In this document: positions 54,649-64,000 of the stretch, piece by piece
Layout of the letters: the number at the start of each line of letters is the position of its first letter
Numbering within the stretch: the stretch's first letter is position 1
Assembly: GCA_037481815.1 (NCBI GenBank)
Contig: JBBFKX010000001.1
Location: 736,001-800,000 of the forward strand
Direction of reading: 5' to 3'
DNA length: 64,000 nt
DNA from: a candidate division WOR-3 bacterium
GTDB lineage: Bacteria > Hydrothermota > 32-111
Program-made: the position numbers and the translations under genes
Notes under the pieces: model-generated
Told to the model about the DNA's origin: nothing
What the model saw: only the letters and a program-made list of their open reading frames with translations
Database searches by the model: none

Positions 54649-55851
54649 CTACTCCCTCAATATTTCGACAGGATTAAGACTTTTGACTCTTTTTACAAGG
54701 AAAAGTGATGATAGAGAAGATGTAAAAATTCCAAGAATAAAACCTATTAAAACATTCATAAAAGATAAAGAAGGATATATAACAGGTATTATCGGTATCT
54801 GAATATCTTTCAAAGCAGCTGAATAATCGAATCCAATTTTTGAAAAAATAAATGTTACACTTGATCCAAGAATAACTCCCATCAAAGTCCCGATGATTCC
54901 GATAATCGTTGTTTCAAAAAAGAATATCAAAAATATTTTTTTAGACTTTAAACCAAGAGATTTCATCATTCCTATTTCCTTTTTCCTTTCATATAAAGCC
55001 ATGACCATCGTATTTATTATTGCTATGGAAGCGAGAAAGAAAATTATCAAAAAAACTATACCCATAACCGAAAAAGAAACTTTTAACATACTTAAAAGTG
55101 TTTCACCCTCCTGCCAGTTTGAAAGGAAATAATCATCAGACAAAAAACTTTTTATCTCTTTTGAAACTTTTAAAGAAGAACCCAGATCTTTACAATAAAC
55201 AAGAAGTTCTATCGCTTTTGTAGAATCCATAGCGAGCAACCTCTGAGCATCGTTTATGTGAAGGAATACTATGTTCGATGCGATATATTCAATATCCGTC
55301 TCATAAAAATCTTTGACAAGCAAAGAGATTCCGTTAAGATAACCATAAACTGTCTGAGTTATCAAAACAAGTGTATCATTCCTGTTTATTTTAAACTTAT
55401 CAGCAAATTTTTTTGAAACTAAAATTTCTCCTCTGTTCAATGTTTTTCCTTTAAGTAAAACAAAATCTTTTTCTCTCTCTGGAAGTATAGAAAAACCTAT
55501 AACTCCATCAGCTTCATTATCTCCTTTAGCGATCAGTGTTCCAAATTTGATCCTTGGTCTTAAAAGTTTTACATCTTTTATCTTTGATATTTTGTTTTCA
55601 AGTTCTATGAAATTAAAATTATAGTTTACAGGCATCATTCTTTCTTTCTCTTTGTACTCCCTCCTTACTATTTTGATATGCCCTGTTTCCATATCGGAAA
55701 TATTCTGGATTATTGGGATAAACTCACCATCTATAAAAGATTTTCCAAATATTGTTGCTGCTACTGCAATTGTGATACCCAAAGATGTTAAAAAAGTTCT
55801 TCTGTGATTTCTAAAAATATTTTTGAAAGCAATTTTTAAAATAAAGTTCAT
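54649..55851 (-). CDS. ABC transporter permease (LolE/FtsX/MacB family)
   Basis: AFKNIFRN.RRT.LT, INTMVMALYERKKEIGMMKSLG. Confidence 0.9.
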   Translation of the reverse strand: MNFILKIAFKNIFRNHRRTFLTSLGITIAVAATIFGKSFIDGEFIPIIQNISDMETGHIKIVRREYKEKERMMPVNYNFNFIELENKISKIKDVKLLRPRIKFGTLIAKGDNEADGVIGFSILPEREKDFVLLKGKTLNRGEILVSKKFADKFKINRNDTLVLITQTVYGYLNGISLLVKDFYETDIEYIASNIVFLHINDAQRLLAMDSTKAIELLVYCKDLGSSLKVSKEIKSFLSDDYFLSNWQEGETLLSMLKVSFSVMGIVFLIIFFLASIAIINTMVMALYERKKEIGMMKSLGLKSKKIFLIFFFETTIIGIIGTLMGVILGSSVTFIFSKIGFDYSAALKDIQIPIIPVIYPSLSFMNVLIGFILGIFTSSLSSLFLVKRVKSLNPVEILRE

Positions 55852-57080
55852 TTTAAAATCCTGATTATGTTTTCCCTGATAGCCCTTCTTGCAGGATAAA
55901 ACGATGCCAAAACACCTATAAATGTTCCAAAAATACCTGCCTGTAAAATTGAGATCAAATTGAAGGAACCTCTAAAAATACTCTTTATCGGATAACCTAT
56001 ATCCATATCTCCAATAACTCCTGAAAAATCTAAACCAACCCTGTAAAGGTATAATGAAATCAAACCTCCTAAAAGCATTCCAAAAAGTGATCCGATCAAA
56101 CCGATCAGTGCACCTTCAAAAACAAACATTTTTAAAATCACCTGATTTGGGGCACCCATCGCTCTCATAGTTCCTATCTCTTTAAACCTCTCATAAATTG
56201 AAAGTAATATTGTGTTCGCTATTCCAACTCCACCTATGATGAGTATCACAAATATTATGATTCCACCAGAATATTTTTTTGCTGAATCTATAGCTTTTAT
56301 TTCAAAAGCGAAATCCTCCCATGTCACGAGTTTTAAATCAGGATATTTTGAAAGTACTTTATCAAACTTTTTAACAAAATCGTATAGGGAACCATTCTTT
56401 TTTAATTTTATAGAAACATTTGAAACTTTCTTTTCTACATTCAAAAAGTTTCTCGCCTGATCGATACTCACAAACACTGTTGTTCTATCAATGTTTGGAT
56501 TTCCTGTTGAAACATATCCTATCAATTTCGTGTCAAAAGCATCAAAAGTTCCACCTGATGTTCTCGATTGAATTATCAACAACGAATCTGTATTTATTTC
56601 AAAATATTTTAAAATATCACTTCCAACAACTATACTTCCAGCGTCAAAATTTTCTATTTTTGAAAAACTCATATCAAAGGTTTTATATGTTTTTTTATAA
56701 GAATTAAAATCTATTCCTTTTATAAGTACAGGTAGTTTGTTCAAGCCATCCGAAAGGTTACCGATAAAAACGATTTCATAGGTAAAACTTTCTACCATGT
56801 CTGAATTGATCAAAAATTTGATTATCTCTTCCGGGACTATAAATCCGATCTCATTTATATCCAACTTTTTATCACTCAAAGAAAAATTTTTTGAAACCAA
56901 TTTTAAACTTGCTGTTTCAAAATTTATCAAATTGTTTATTGAATCTCTGTTTAAACCATCAAGTAAAGAAAACATCGTTATAAGAAGCATAACTCCAAAA
57001 ATTACAGGGATAAGAGTAAGGATCGTTCTCTGTTTACTTCTAAAAATATTTTTAAACGCAAGTTTTATCCAGAATACCAT
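55848..57080 (-). CDS. ABC transporter permease (LolE/FtsX/MacB family)
   Basis: AFKNIFRS, NTILLSIYERFKEIGTMRAMG, YPARRA. Start likely ATG 57080. Confidence 0.9.
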   Translation of the reverse strand: MVFWIKLAFKNIFRSKQRTILTLIPVIFGVMLLITMFSLLDGLNRDSINNLINFETASLKLVSKNFSLSDKKLDINEIGFIVPEEIIKFLINSDMVESFTYEIVFIGNLSDGLNKLPVLIKGIDFNSYKKTYKTFDMSFSKIENFDAGSIVVGSDILKYFEINTDSLLIIQSRTSGGTFDAFDTKLIGYVSTGNPNIDRTTVFVSIDQARNFLNVEKKVSNVSIKLKKNGSLYDFVKKFDKVLSKYPDLKLVTWEDFAFEIKAIDSAKKYSGGIIIFVILIIGGVGIANTILLSIYERFKEIGTMRAMGAPNQVILKMFVFEGALIGLIGSLFGMLLGGLISLYLYRVGLDFSGVIGDMDIGYPIKSIFRGSFNLISILQAGIFGTFIGVLASFYPARRAIRENIIRILK

Positions 57081-57081
57081 A

Positions 57082-57759
57082 TCAGACCTTCTCAACTATT
57101 CTTCCATCCCTCAAGAATATAACATCATCAGCATAATCCATCACGAGTTTATCATGCGTTGAAAAGATGAATGTTGTGTTCAAATCTCTGTTCATCTTTC
57201 TCATTATTTCCATAACATTTTTTGCGTTTTCAGAGTCAAGGTTCGCTGTTGGTTCATCAGCAAGAACAAGAATTGGTTTTTTGACAAGGGCTCTTGCGAT
57301 TGCTACTCTCTGTTTCTGTCCCCCGGATAATTCTTTCGGAAATCGATTCTTCAGGTCGAGTATTCCGACCATATCAAGTATTTCCTCTACAAGTTTTTTG
57401 TGATTCCTGTTAAATTTAGGGTTTATTGCAAGAGAAAATTCAACATTTTCATAAACTGTCAAAACAGGGATAAGATTGAAATCTTGAAATATAAAACCGA
57501 TATTTTGATTCCTAAAATATGTTAACTTATTATCATCGTATCCGACTACATTTTCCTTATCAAAGTAAAGATTACCTGATGTTGGCTGATCCAGACAACC
57601 TATGATGTTTAGAAGTGTTGTTTTTCCACTTCCAGAAGGACCGGCAATAGATATAAAAGAACCTTTCTTAATTTCTAGAGAAACAGAGTTTAAAGCACGA
57701 ACAACAACATCTCCAACCTTATAATCTTTAACAATATTTTCAACCTTTATATCCTGCAT
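57082..57759 (-). CDS. ABC transporter ATP-binding protein (LolD-like)
   Basis: GPSGSGKT, LSGGQKQRVAIARAL, LADEPTANLD. Confidence 0.93.
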   Translation of the reverse strand: MQDIKVENIVKDYKVGDVVVRALNSVSLEIKKGSFISIAGPSGSGKTTLLNIIGCLDQPTSGNLYFDKENVVGYDDNKLTYFRNQNIGFIFQDFNLIPVLTVYENVEFSLAINPKFNRNHKKLVEEILDMVGILDLKNRFPKELSGGQKQRVAIARALVKKPILVLADEPTANLDSENAKNVMEIMRKMNRDLNTTFIFSTHDKLVMDYADDVIFLRDGRIVEKV

Positions 57760-58321
57760 TATCCCTCCAAAAAACCTTTCTTTGAATGTTTAAAAAAGAA
57801 ACAACCATAAAATCTTTCAAAAGATCACCCGGAATAAAAGGCAGAACTCCCATATACAAAATTTCCATAAAAGTCAAATTCTTATGGAAAACAAAAGAAA
57901 AAAATGTAAACAAATATAATGCACCAGTTACATAAATCAAAAAATTACAAAAAATAAGAAGAAGAATTAATTTTTTATTAAAATGCTCTTTAAGGTTTAC
58001 GATTAAAAATGAGGAAATAAAAAATCCGATAATATATCCATAAGTTGGAGAAAAAATTGTTAAAGTGTTGTTAGTCGCGAATAATGGAATTCCAAAAATT
58101 CCCAACATTATAAACAAAAACACAGAAATTATTGCTTCTTGACCTAAAAGAAGTGAAATTAGAAATATTCCAAATGTTTGACCTGTAATCGGAACAGGTG
58201 AAAACGGAAGGAAAATTTTTATTTTTGAAGTTAATGCTAAAATAATCAAAGATATCAGTATTTTTAGAACTTTGTTTGCAGTTGTTTTTTCAATGGTATG
58301 AATTTTACTTATAAAATCCAT
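57740..58321 (-). CDS. bioY: Biotin transporter BioY
   Basis: PFSPVPITGQT, GIPLFA, PTYGYIIGF, PFIPGDLLK. Confidence 0.9.
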   Translation of the reverse strand: MDFISKIHTIEKTTANKVLKILISLIILALTSKIKIFLPFSPVPITGQTFGIFLISLLLGQEAIISVFLFIMLGIFGIPLFATNNTLTIFSPTYGYIIGFFISSFLIVNLKEHFNKKLILLLIFCNFLIYVTGALYLFTFFSFVFHKNLTFMEILYMGVLPFIPGDLLKDFMVVSFLNIQRKVFWRDNAGYKG

Positions 58322-58351
58322 AAGAACTCCTCAATTTTCCTATTTTAAAGA

Positions 58352-58428
58352 ATTTTAAACTTTTAAAAATTCAAGTCAAGTTTAAACTGAAAATTTTTAA
58401 TTGACTATTGAAGATATACAAATATAAT
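58352..58428. promoter_or_regulatory. Divergent promoters for bioY and yajC
   Basis: Minus: TTGACT (58379-58374)-N16-TAAAAT. Plus: TTGACT (58401-58406)-N16-TATAAT. Confidence 0.55.
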
Positions 58429-58454
58429 TATGAAAAACAAAATAAGGAGTTTAT

Positions 58455-58778
58455 ATGTTACAGTACTTAATTTTTAACCAGACACCAACACAACAAACAA
58501 ATCCACTTGTTTCACTCTTACCATTAATAATCATGTTCGCAGCATTATATCTTTTATTCATTTTACCACAACAAAAAGCAGAAAAAAAGCATAAAGAGAT
58601 GCTTAACTCGTTGAATAAGGGTGATAAAGTGATATTATCTTCAGGTATAATAGGAACTATAAACAATATTAAAGAAGATATAATCTTTCTTGAAATTTCA
58701 CCAAAAGTTGAAATAAAAGTTTTAAAGTCCACTGTTACAAAAAAGATAGAGGATGATTCCGAATTAAAAAATGGATAG
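58455..58778 (+). CDS. yajC: Preprotein translocase subunit YajC
   Basis: TM then ILPQQK..K.H.EML..L.KGDKVI..SGIIGT. Confidence 0.92.
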   Translation: MLQYLIFNQTPTQQTNPLVSLLPLIIMFAALYLLFILPQQKAEKKHKEMLNSLNKGDKVILSSGIIGTINNIKEDIIFLEISPKVEIKVLKSTVTKKIEDDSELKNG

Positions 58779-59700
58779 TTTTGTTTTTATTGGAAACGAT
58801 AACATATCTTTGAAGTTTCTTGAAAAAATTATAGATAAAAAACGACCAGAATATATAATAACAGGCCAAGACAGAATATCAGGTAGAGGGAGAAATTTAA
58901 CTCCCTCACCATTGGTTGAAATAGCAAAAAAAAATTCAATAGAGTTATTGAAAACCGATAATCCAAATTCTAACGAGTTTTTAAAATTGTTAAAAGAAAA
59001 AAAAATACCCGATTTTTTTCTTTTATTTTCTTTTGGTTATATACTCAACAAAGAATTTCTTGAAATACCAAAAAGGATGAGTGTTAATATTCATCCTTCT
59101 TTACTTCCCAAATATAGAGGAGCCGCGCCGATCAATAGAGTTATAATTGATGGAGAAAATAAAAGTGGAGTGACATTTTTCAAAATGGATGAAACTCTCG
59201 ACGGTGGAGACATTATTATTCAGGAAAGTTTCTCTCTTGAACCTTACATCGATTCTATACAACTCAAAGAAAAAGTGGTAGAAGTTTCCTCGAAAATGTT
59301 CTTAACTTTTGATTGGTCAAAGGATTTTAAACTCTATAAACAGGATGAAAGACATGCTACCTATGCAAAAAAAATAAAAAAGAAAGAACTTATTCTCGAT
59401 CTAAACAAAAACCCTCTGAAATTAACAAATCATATCAATGGCCTTGCAGAATATGGAATAAAATGTAGAATTGGTAAATATAATGTGAAAATAAGAAAAG
59501 TGATTCCATCAGAAACAAGGGTTGAAAAATGGAGTTTAAAAATTTCGGAAAAGAAGGAATTACTTTTAGGTTGTGAAAATGGATCAGTATCGGTTCTAAA
59601 GATACAACCCGAAGGTAAAAATATAATGGATTCAAAAAGTTTTATAAATGGCTACAAAATAAAAGATGGAGAGAAAATATGTGTGGAATCTTTGGAGTAA
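58771..59700 (+). CDS. fmt: Methionyl-tRNA formyltransferase
   Basis: GRGR, NIHPSLLPKYRGAAPI, MDETLDGG, IQPEGK..M...FING. Confidence 0.9.
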   Translation: MDSFVFIGNDNISLKFLEKIIDKKRPEYIITGQDRISGRGRNLTPSPLVEIAKKNSIELLKTDNPNSNEFLKLLKEKKIPDFFLLFSFGYILNKEFLEIPKRMSVNIHPSLLPKYRGAAPINRVIIDGENKSGVTFFKMDETLDGGDIIIQESFSLEPYIDSIQLKEKVVEVSSKMFLTFDWSKDFKLYKQDERHATYAKKIKKKELILDLNKNPLKLTNHINGLAEYGIKCRIGKYNVKIRKVIPSETRVEKWSLKISEKKELLLGCENGSVSVLKIQPEGKNIMDSKSFINGYKIKDGEKICVESLE

Positions 59701-61094
59701 TTGGTTCAAAAAATGCTTTCATAGATATATACAAAGGGTTAAAGATGATCCAGCATAGGGGGCAGGACACATGCGGTATCGTAACATTTTCAAACAAATT
59801 CAACATCAAACTCGCTGAGGGACTTGTAACGAACGCTTTTGATGAAAATGATATCAACAAACTTTCAGGATATACAGGCATAGGGCACGTAAGGTATCCG
59901 ACGATAGGAAAAGGAGGTTTGGAGAATGCTCAACCTGTTTATACAAATACCCCTTATGGAATAGTTATGGCTCACAACGGTAATGTTGTAAACTATTTCA
60001 GTTTAAAAAACAAATTGATCAAGGAATACCATAGATATATAAATTCAGAGGTTGATGTTCAAATAATACTAAATGTTTTCGCATACTATTTGAGTTTTGA
60101 AAAAAAATTCAGTTTTGAAGCAATCTGTAAATCTGTTGAAAAAGTTTTTGATGAGGTTAAAGGGAGTTATTCTGTTATAGCATATATCGCAGGGCAAGGT
60201 TTTCTTGCGTTCAGAGATCCTGTTGGATACAGACCCCTGGTTTTTGGAACCGATGGAGAAAGATACGCTTTTTCCTCTGAATCGGTATCACTTGAAAGTA
60301 TTGGAATAGAAAATTTTGAAGATGTAAAACCTGGTGAAGTTATTTTTATTACGGATAAAGGAAAAATTAACAGAAAAATTGTAAAAAAATCGGAACATAA
60401 AGCATGTATCTTCGAATGGGTATATTTCGCAAGACCGGATTCCATAATCGACGGTATAGATGTTTACAATGCAAGATATCGCCTCGGAGAAAAACTCGCT
60501 GAGGTTTTGTATGATAGGAGAAAAGATTTTGATGTGGTTATACCCGTTCCGGATACCTCAAGAACCGCAGCACTTGCACTCGCAACAAAACTAAATCTCC
60601 CTTACAGGGAAGGATTGATCAAAAACAGATACGTTGGAAGAACTTTTATAATGCCAGGGCAGAAAAAAAGAATAGATGCTGTTAGAGAAAAATTACACCC
60701 AATAAAAATAGAACTTCAAAATAAAAGGGTCTTGCTCGTCGATGATTCCATCGTAAGAGGAAACACTTCAAAAAGTATTGTAAAACTTGTTAGGGAGGCA
60801 AAAGCAAAAGAGGTACATTTTGCTGTTTATTCACCACCTTTGAAATTCCCATGCTATTTTGGAATAGATATACAGAAAACTGATGAGTTCATTGCTAACA
60901 AAACAAGTTTCGATAAAATAGCTTCTGAAATCGGTGCTGACTCTTTAACCTATCTTCCTCTTGAAAAGTTGATCGAAGGTGTTGGAATAAACAGAACAGA
61001 TTTTTGTACATCATGTTTCAGCGGTAAATACGATATATCTCTTGATCAACAAGATATAGATGATATAAAGAAAGATAGAACAAACTCTTTTTAA
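59679..61094 (+). CDS. purF: Amidophosphoribosyltransferase
   Basis: MCGIFG, QHRGQ, GHVRY, FEWVYFARPDS, VDDSIVRGNT, Fe-S cysteines. Confidence 0.96.
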   Translation: MCGIFGVIGSKNAFIDIYKGLKMIQHRGQDTCGIVTFSNKFNIKLAEGLVTNAFDENDINKLSGYTGIGHVRYPTIGKGGLENAQPVYTNTPYGIVMAHNGNVVNYFSLKNKLIKEYHRYINSEVDVQIILNVFAYYLSFEKKFSFEAICKSVEKVFDEVKGSYSVIAYIAGQGFLAFRDPVGYRPLVFGTDGERYAFSSESVSLESIGIENFEDVKPGEVIFITDKGKINRKIVKKSEHKACIFEWVYFARPDSIIDGIDVYNARYRLGEKLAEVLYDRRKDFDVVIPVPDTSRTAALALATKLNLPYREGLIKNRYVGRTFIMPGQKKRIDAVREKLHPIKIELQNKRVLLVDDSIVRGNTSKSIVKLVREAKAKEVHFAVYSPPLKFPCYFGIDIQKTDEFIANKTSFDKIASEIGADSLTYLPLEKLIEGVGINRTDFCTSCFSGKYDISLDQQDIDDIKKDRTNSF

Positions 61095-61108
61095 TTTAAA
61101 TTTTGTTA

Positions 61109-64000
61109 ATGTTTTATTTTAAAACTTTATACCTTATACTGTTCTTATACCTTCAACCTGATACTATCCAACTTGAAAACGCATACGACTTTTATGTTTT
61201 TGAAAATCCCATCTATAAAAATTCATTACAGATATTATCAGAAAAAAAAATTTTAAAAGAAAATGAGGATTTTTATTTTGATGGAAAAAAAATTAAGTTT
61301 ACAAAATATTTTAAAGAAGTTCAGATAATTTTTTTAAAAGTGGACGAACAAATTAAAACAGAAAACTTTAAATATAAAGATGAACCAGAAAAAGAGGAAA
61401 TTTTTATCGAAAAAGATGAATCAACAAAAAATGTTTATATCACAGGGGTGAAAGGTTTTAATGTTCTAAATCAGAACAATAGAATCGATATAGATCAGGT
61501 AACAGATTTTTCAATAAATGGAAAAATTGATTCACTCTGGTACATCGAAGGATATATAAATGATAATTCATCGACAAACGATCTCGGGCTAAATGTTCCA
61601 ATCTATCAGATTGAAAATTTGGAATTTTCTTTATACAATACAACGGGAACAAAATTTTTTCTTGGAAATTCGAAGTTACAGAATAACTGGTCAAAATTCT
61701 TAAACCTTAACAAGGAGATTTTTGGCCTTGGATTTTCTACAGGTTTAAAAAAATATCCTTTGTCTTTCTCATATGCGGCTGAAAAAGGAAATTTTAAATC
61801 AACATCTTTTTTTTGTATCGATGGTGTTCTCGGTCCATACAGGATAGTTGAAGAAAGAAATCTGTTCGATTATACGATTACACCTGGAAGTGAAAAAGTT
61901 TATCTAAACGGACAACTTTTAGAAAACGGAGAGGATAAAGATTATACTGTTGACTATTATACCGGTGAATTAACTTTTACAAACAAACATATCGTTGACC
62001 AAAACTCGTTTGTTTATATTGAGTTTCAACAGTTTGACATAATGTCTTTAAACTCCGGGTACTATATTTCTTTAGGAGATGAAAAAAATGATCTGAGAAT
62101 GTTTTACGGAAGCGAAGGAAACCAGATAAATGATCAAGAACTTAAAAAAGAACTCTCAATGTATCCATCAGATTCTTCCTATATCCTTCTTAAAGGGTAT
62201 GAATTTGTTGGAGAAAACAAAGGAGATTATTTTTTACAGGACTCGATTTTTGTCTTTGCTGGAGAAGGTAAAGGTGATTACAAAGTTGAATTTTATTATG
62301 TAGGATATGGAAAAGGAGATTATCTCTACTCACCATCAAATTTTTCATTTATATATGCAGGTAAAAACAATGGCAACTACTCCCCTTATCGAAAAGTTCC
62401 ACTTCCATTTTTTTACCATCTTATAGATATTTCATATTCGAAAAATATAAAGTATGGTGGTTTTGGTCTCGAAATATTGACAGGCCTTTACAAGAATAAT
62501 AGATACAATTTGCAATCACGGTTTTTAAAAGATTTTTCTTATAATCTATCTTACAATACAAAAAGATTCTCATTTAACAATTTTTCCTCTTCATTATCAT
62601 TCCAATACATAGAAAACGATACCATATACAAAACAAGATGGAACAGAAAGGTTAACTATGAATACATTCAAAATGACACCATTTTTAAAACTCCTTTTCG
62701 GGAGATAACTCTTTCGTTTGATCCCTCCTTTGAAAACATTTTCAATTCAAATCATTCGATTTCTAAAATCGATTCTTTCAACACTTTTAGAACGATTATA
62801 AATACAGACACTTTTTTTAACTATTTTGTCGATTTCCGAGCGAACTATTTTATTTTAAAAGATTCTTTTTATTATAAAAATGAGTTCATTTCACTAACAA
62901 AAAGATTAAAAATATCAAATATTTCCGCTTTTATAGAAAATGAAAGTAAAGTTTTTCTTTCATTTAAAAGAGGATTGAGGATATTTACAGATAGTAGAAA
63001 TTTTCTCATGGAATATAGAAATGAAAAAATTTTTGAGGATAGTTTAAAAACTAAAAATATTGATGTATTCAAATTCGAAACAAACAAACTTGAAAGAGAA
63101 AATTTTTCAGCTCTATTTTCTGGAGAATATAAAATTTTTGACTATAACGATACGAAAAGGAATATAGTGGCCATCAGTACATCTTATAAAAAAATATTCA
63201 AAAATATTTGTGAATATTTTTTAGATACCTACATAACATCTCTTTCCTTATACAACATAGTTGAAACCTATGTTTATGTTGGTAAAGGCAAAGGAGAGTA
63301 TATTTATGATTCAACGACGAATTCTTACATTTATGATAAAATATATGGTGAATACATACTCATAAGAGAAAATAAACTATCCGGTGATCCTTATTCAAAA
63401 AGAACACTCAAAACTTCTTTAAGATTCTATCAATTTGAAACTATGGTTAATTTAAACTATTCAGATTTATCCAAGAACCTGTTTGAAACAAAACAAGGTA
63501 ATTTGAATGAAACGAACTTGAATTTTAAAATTCTTATTGATAAACTTTTAAACAAAAATTTAACTCCCTTTATGGGATTGACATACGAAAAAAAATATTT
63601 CAAAAATCTATCATCTTTTAAAAATTTTTCTTTTGATGCAGGGATCAAAAACATAATGGATATCAAATATTCACTTTTCTATCGAAGAGAAAAAGAATCG
63701 AGAGAAGATACTTCAGGAAAATATGAATTGAATTCAAATTCTATTATTTTGGAATTCGATCTGGGTAGTTTTAAACAGAACTACAAATTCAAAATCTCTT
63801 ATGGTTACTTCTATGGATTTTATGACTATGATGAAATAAGTTTTTCAAATTTAAAAGGAACTAAAATGGAAGTTTCTTCGGATATCGAACAAAAAATTTT
63901 TTCAGATCTTTCTTTCAACCTTGTTCCAAGAATCTCATACACATTGTATAATGAAGGAGATGACATTCCATTGAGTATAAATTATAAATACCCTGAAGGG
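61109..64000 (+). CDS. Large secreted/outer-membrane protein with SprA-like motif (partial, runs off window)
   Basis: Not in the ORF track. Hand translation from ATG 61109 gives a signal-like N-terminus, GVLGPY..PGSEKVYLNGQLLENGEDKDYTVDYYTGELTFT and repeated (V/A)GxxKGDY motifs. No stop seen in the parts translated; the frame fits the window end (964 codons). Confidence 0.65.
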   Translation, partial: MFYFKTLYLILFLYLQPDTIQLENAYDFYVFENPIYKNSLQILSEKKILKENEDFYFDGKKIKFTKYFKEVQIIFLKVDEQIKTENFKYKDEPEKEEIFIEKDESTKNVYITGVKGFNVLNQNNRIDIDQVTDFSINGKIDSLWYIEGYINDNSSTNDLGLNVPIYQIENLEFSLYNTTGTKFFLGNSKLQNNWSKFLNLNKEIFGLGFSTGLKKYPLSFSYAAEKGNFKSTSFFCIDGVLGPYRIVEERNLFDYTITPGSEKVYLNGQLLENGEDKDYTVDYYTGELTFTNKHIVDQNSFVYIEFQQFDIMSLNSGYYISLGDEKNDLRMFYGSEGNQINDQELKKELSMYPSDSSYILLKGYEFVGENKGDYFLQDSIFVFAGEGKGDYKVEFYYVGYGKGDYLYSPSNFSFIYAGKNNGNYSPYRKVPLPFFYHLIDISYSKNIKYGGFGLEILTGLYKNNRYNLQSRFLKDFSYNLSYNTKRFSFNNFSSSLSFQYIENDTIYKTRWNRKVNYEYIQNDTIFKTPFREITLSFDPSFENIFNSNHSISKIDSFNTFRTIINTDTFFNYFVDFRANYFILKDSFYYKNEFISLTKRLKISNISAFIENESKVFLSFKRGLRIFTDSRNFLMEYRNEKIFEDSLKTKNIDVFKFETNKLERENFSALFSGEYKIFDYNDTKRNIVAISTSYKKIFKNICEYFLDTYITSLSLYNIVETYVYVGKGKGEYIYDSTTNSYIYDKIYGEYILIRENKLSGDPYSKRTLKTSLRFYQFETMVNLNYSDLSKNLFETKQGNLNETNLNFKILIDKLLNKNLTPFMGLTYEKKYFKNLSSFKNFSFDAGIKNIMDIKYSLFYRREKESREDTSGKYELNSNSIILEFDLGSFKQNYKFKISYGYFYGFYDYDEISFSNLKGTKMEVSSDIEQKIFSDLSFNLVPRISYTLYNEGDDIPLSINYKYPEG

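Overview
AT-rich (roughly 30% GC by eye), gene-dense chromosomal window from a diderm, probably anaerobic bacterium. The content ([FeFe]-hydrogenase maturases, many secreted proteins with T9SS/Por-type C-terminal tails, a Wzx/Wzy locus) fits an FCB-related candidate lineage such as TA06/WOR-3; this assignment is inference only. From left to right: hydF (partial), hydG and a TM1266-type regulator; an 8-kb compositionally distinct block with an orphan PD-(D/E)XK-like ORF and three large secreted beta-propeller proteins; guaB and rnr; clostripain, a histidine phosphatase, DinG and an MshEN-PilB; a Wza/Wzz/Wzy/Wzx polysaccharide operon; a GAF-HD-GYP gene; an ~18.6-kb minus-strand gene string from secD-secF through a secreted PLD-family protein, glycosyltransferases, YfhO, coaE, an M28 peptidase and comEA; an ABC/LolA-like export module; bioY; yajC-fmt-purF; and a large partial outer-membrane-type protein. 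The most striking element, missed by the ORF track, heads the secreted-protein block. A promoter and strong SD drive a 28-codon leader ORF containing a (CT)14 microsatellite. Its stop overlaps the start of the 1134-aa gene as ATGA, and that start codon lies in a perfect 10-bp hairpin. This suggests a slipped-strand phase-variation switch acting through translational coupling. Other oddities are two probable ATT starts, a SecF with an Ig-like insertion, several apparently leaderless genes and mostly 16-bp promoter spacers. No rRNA, tRNA, CRISPR array or intact mobile element was recognised.
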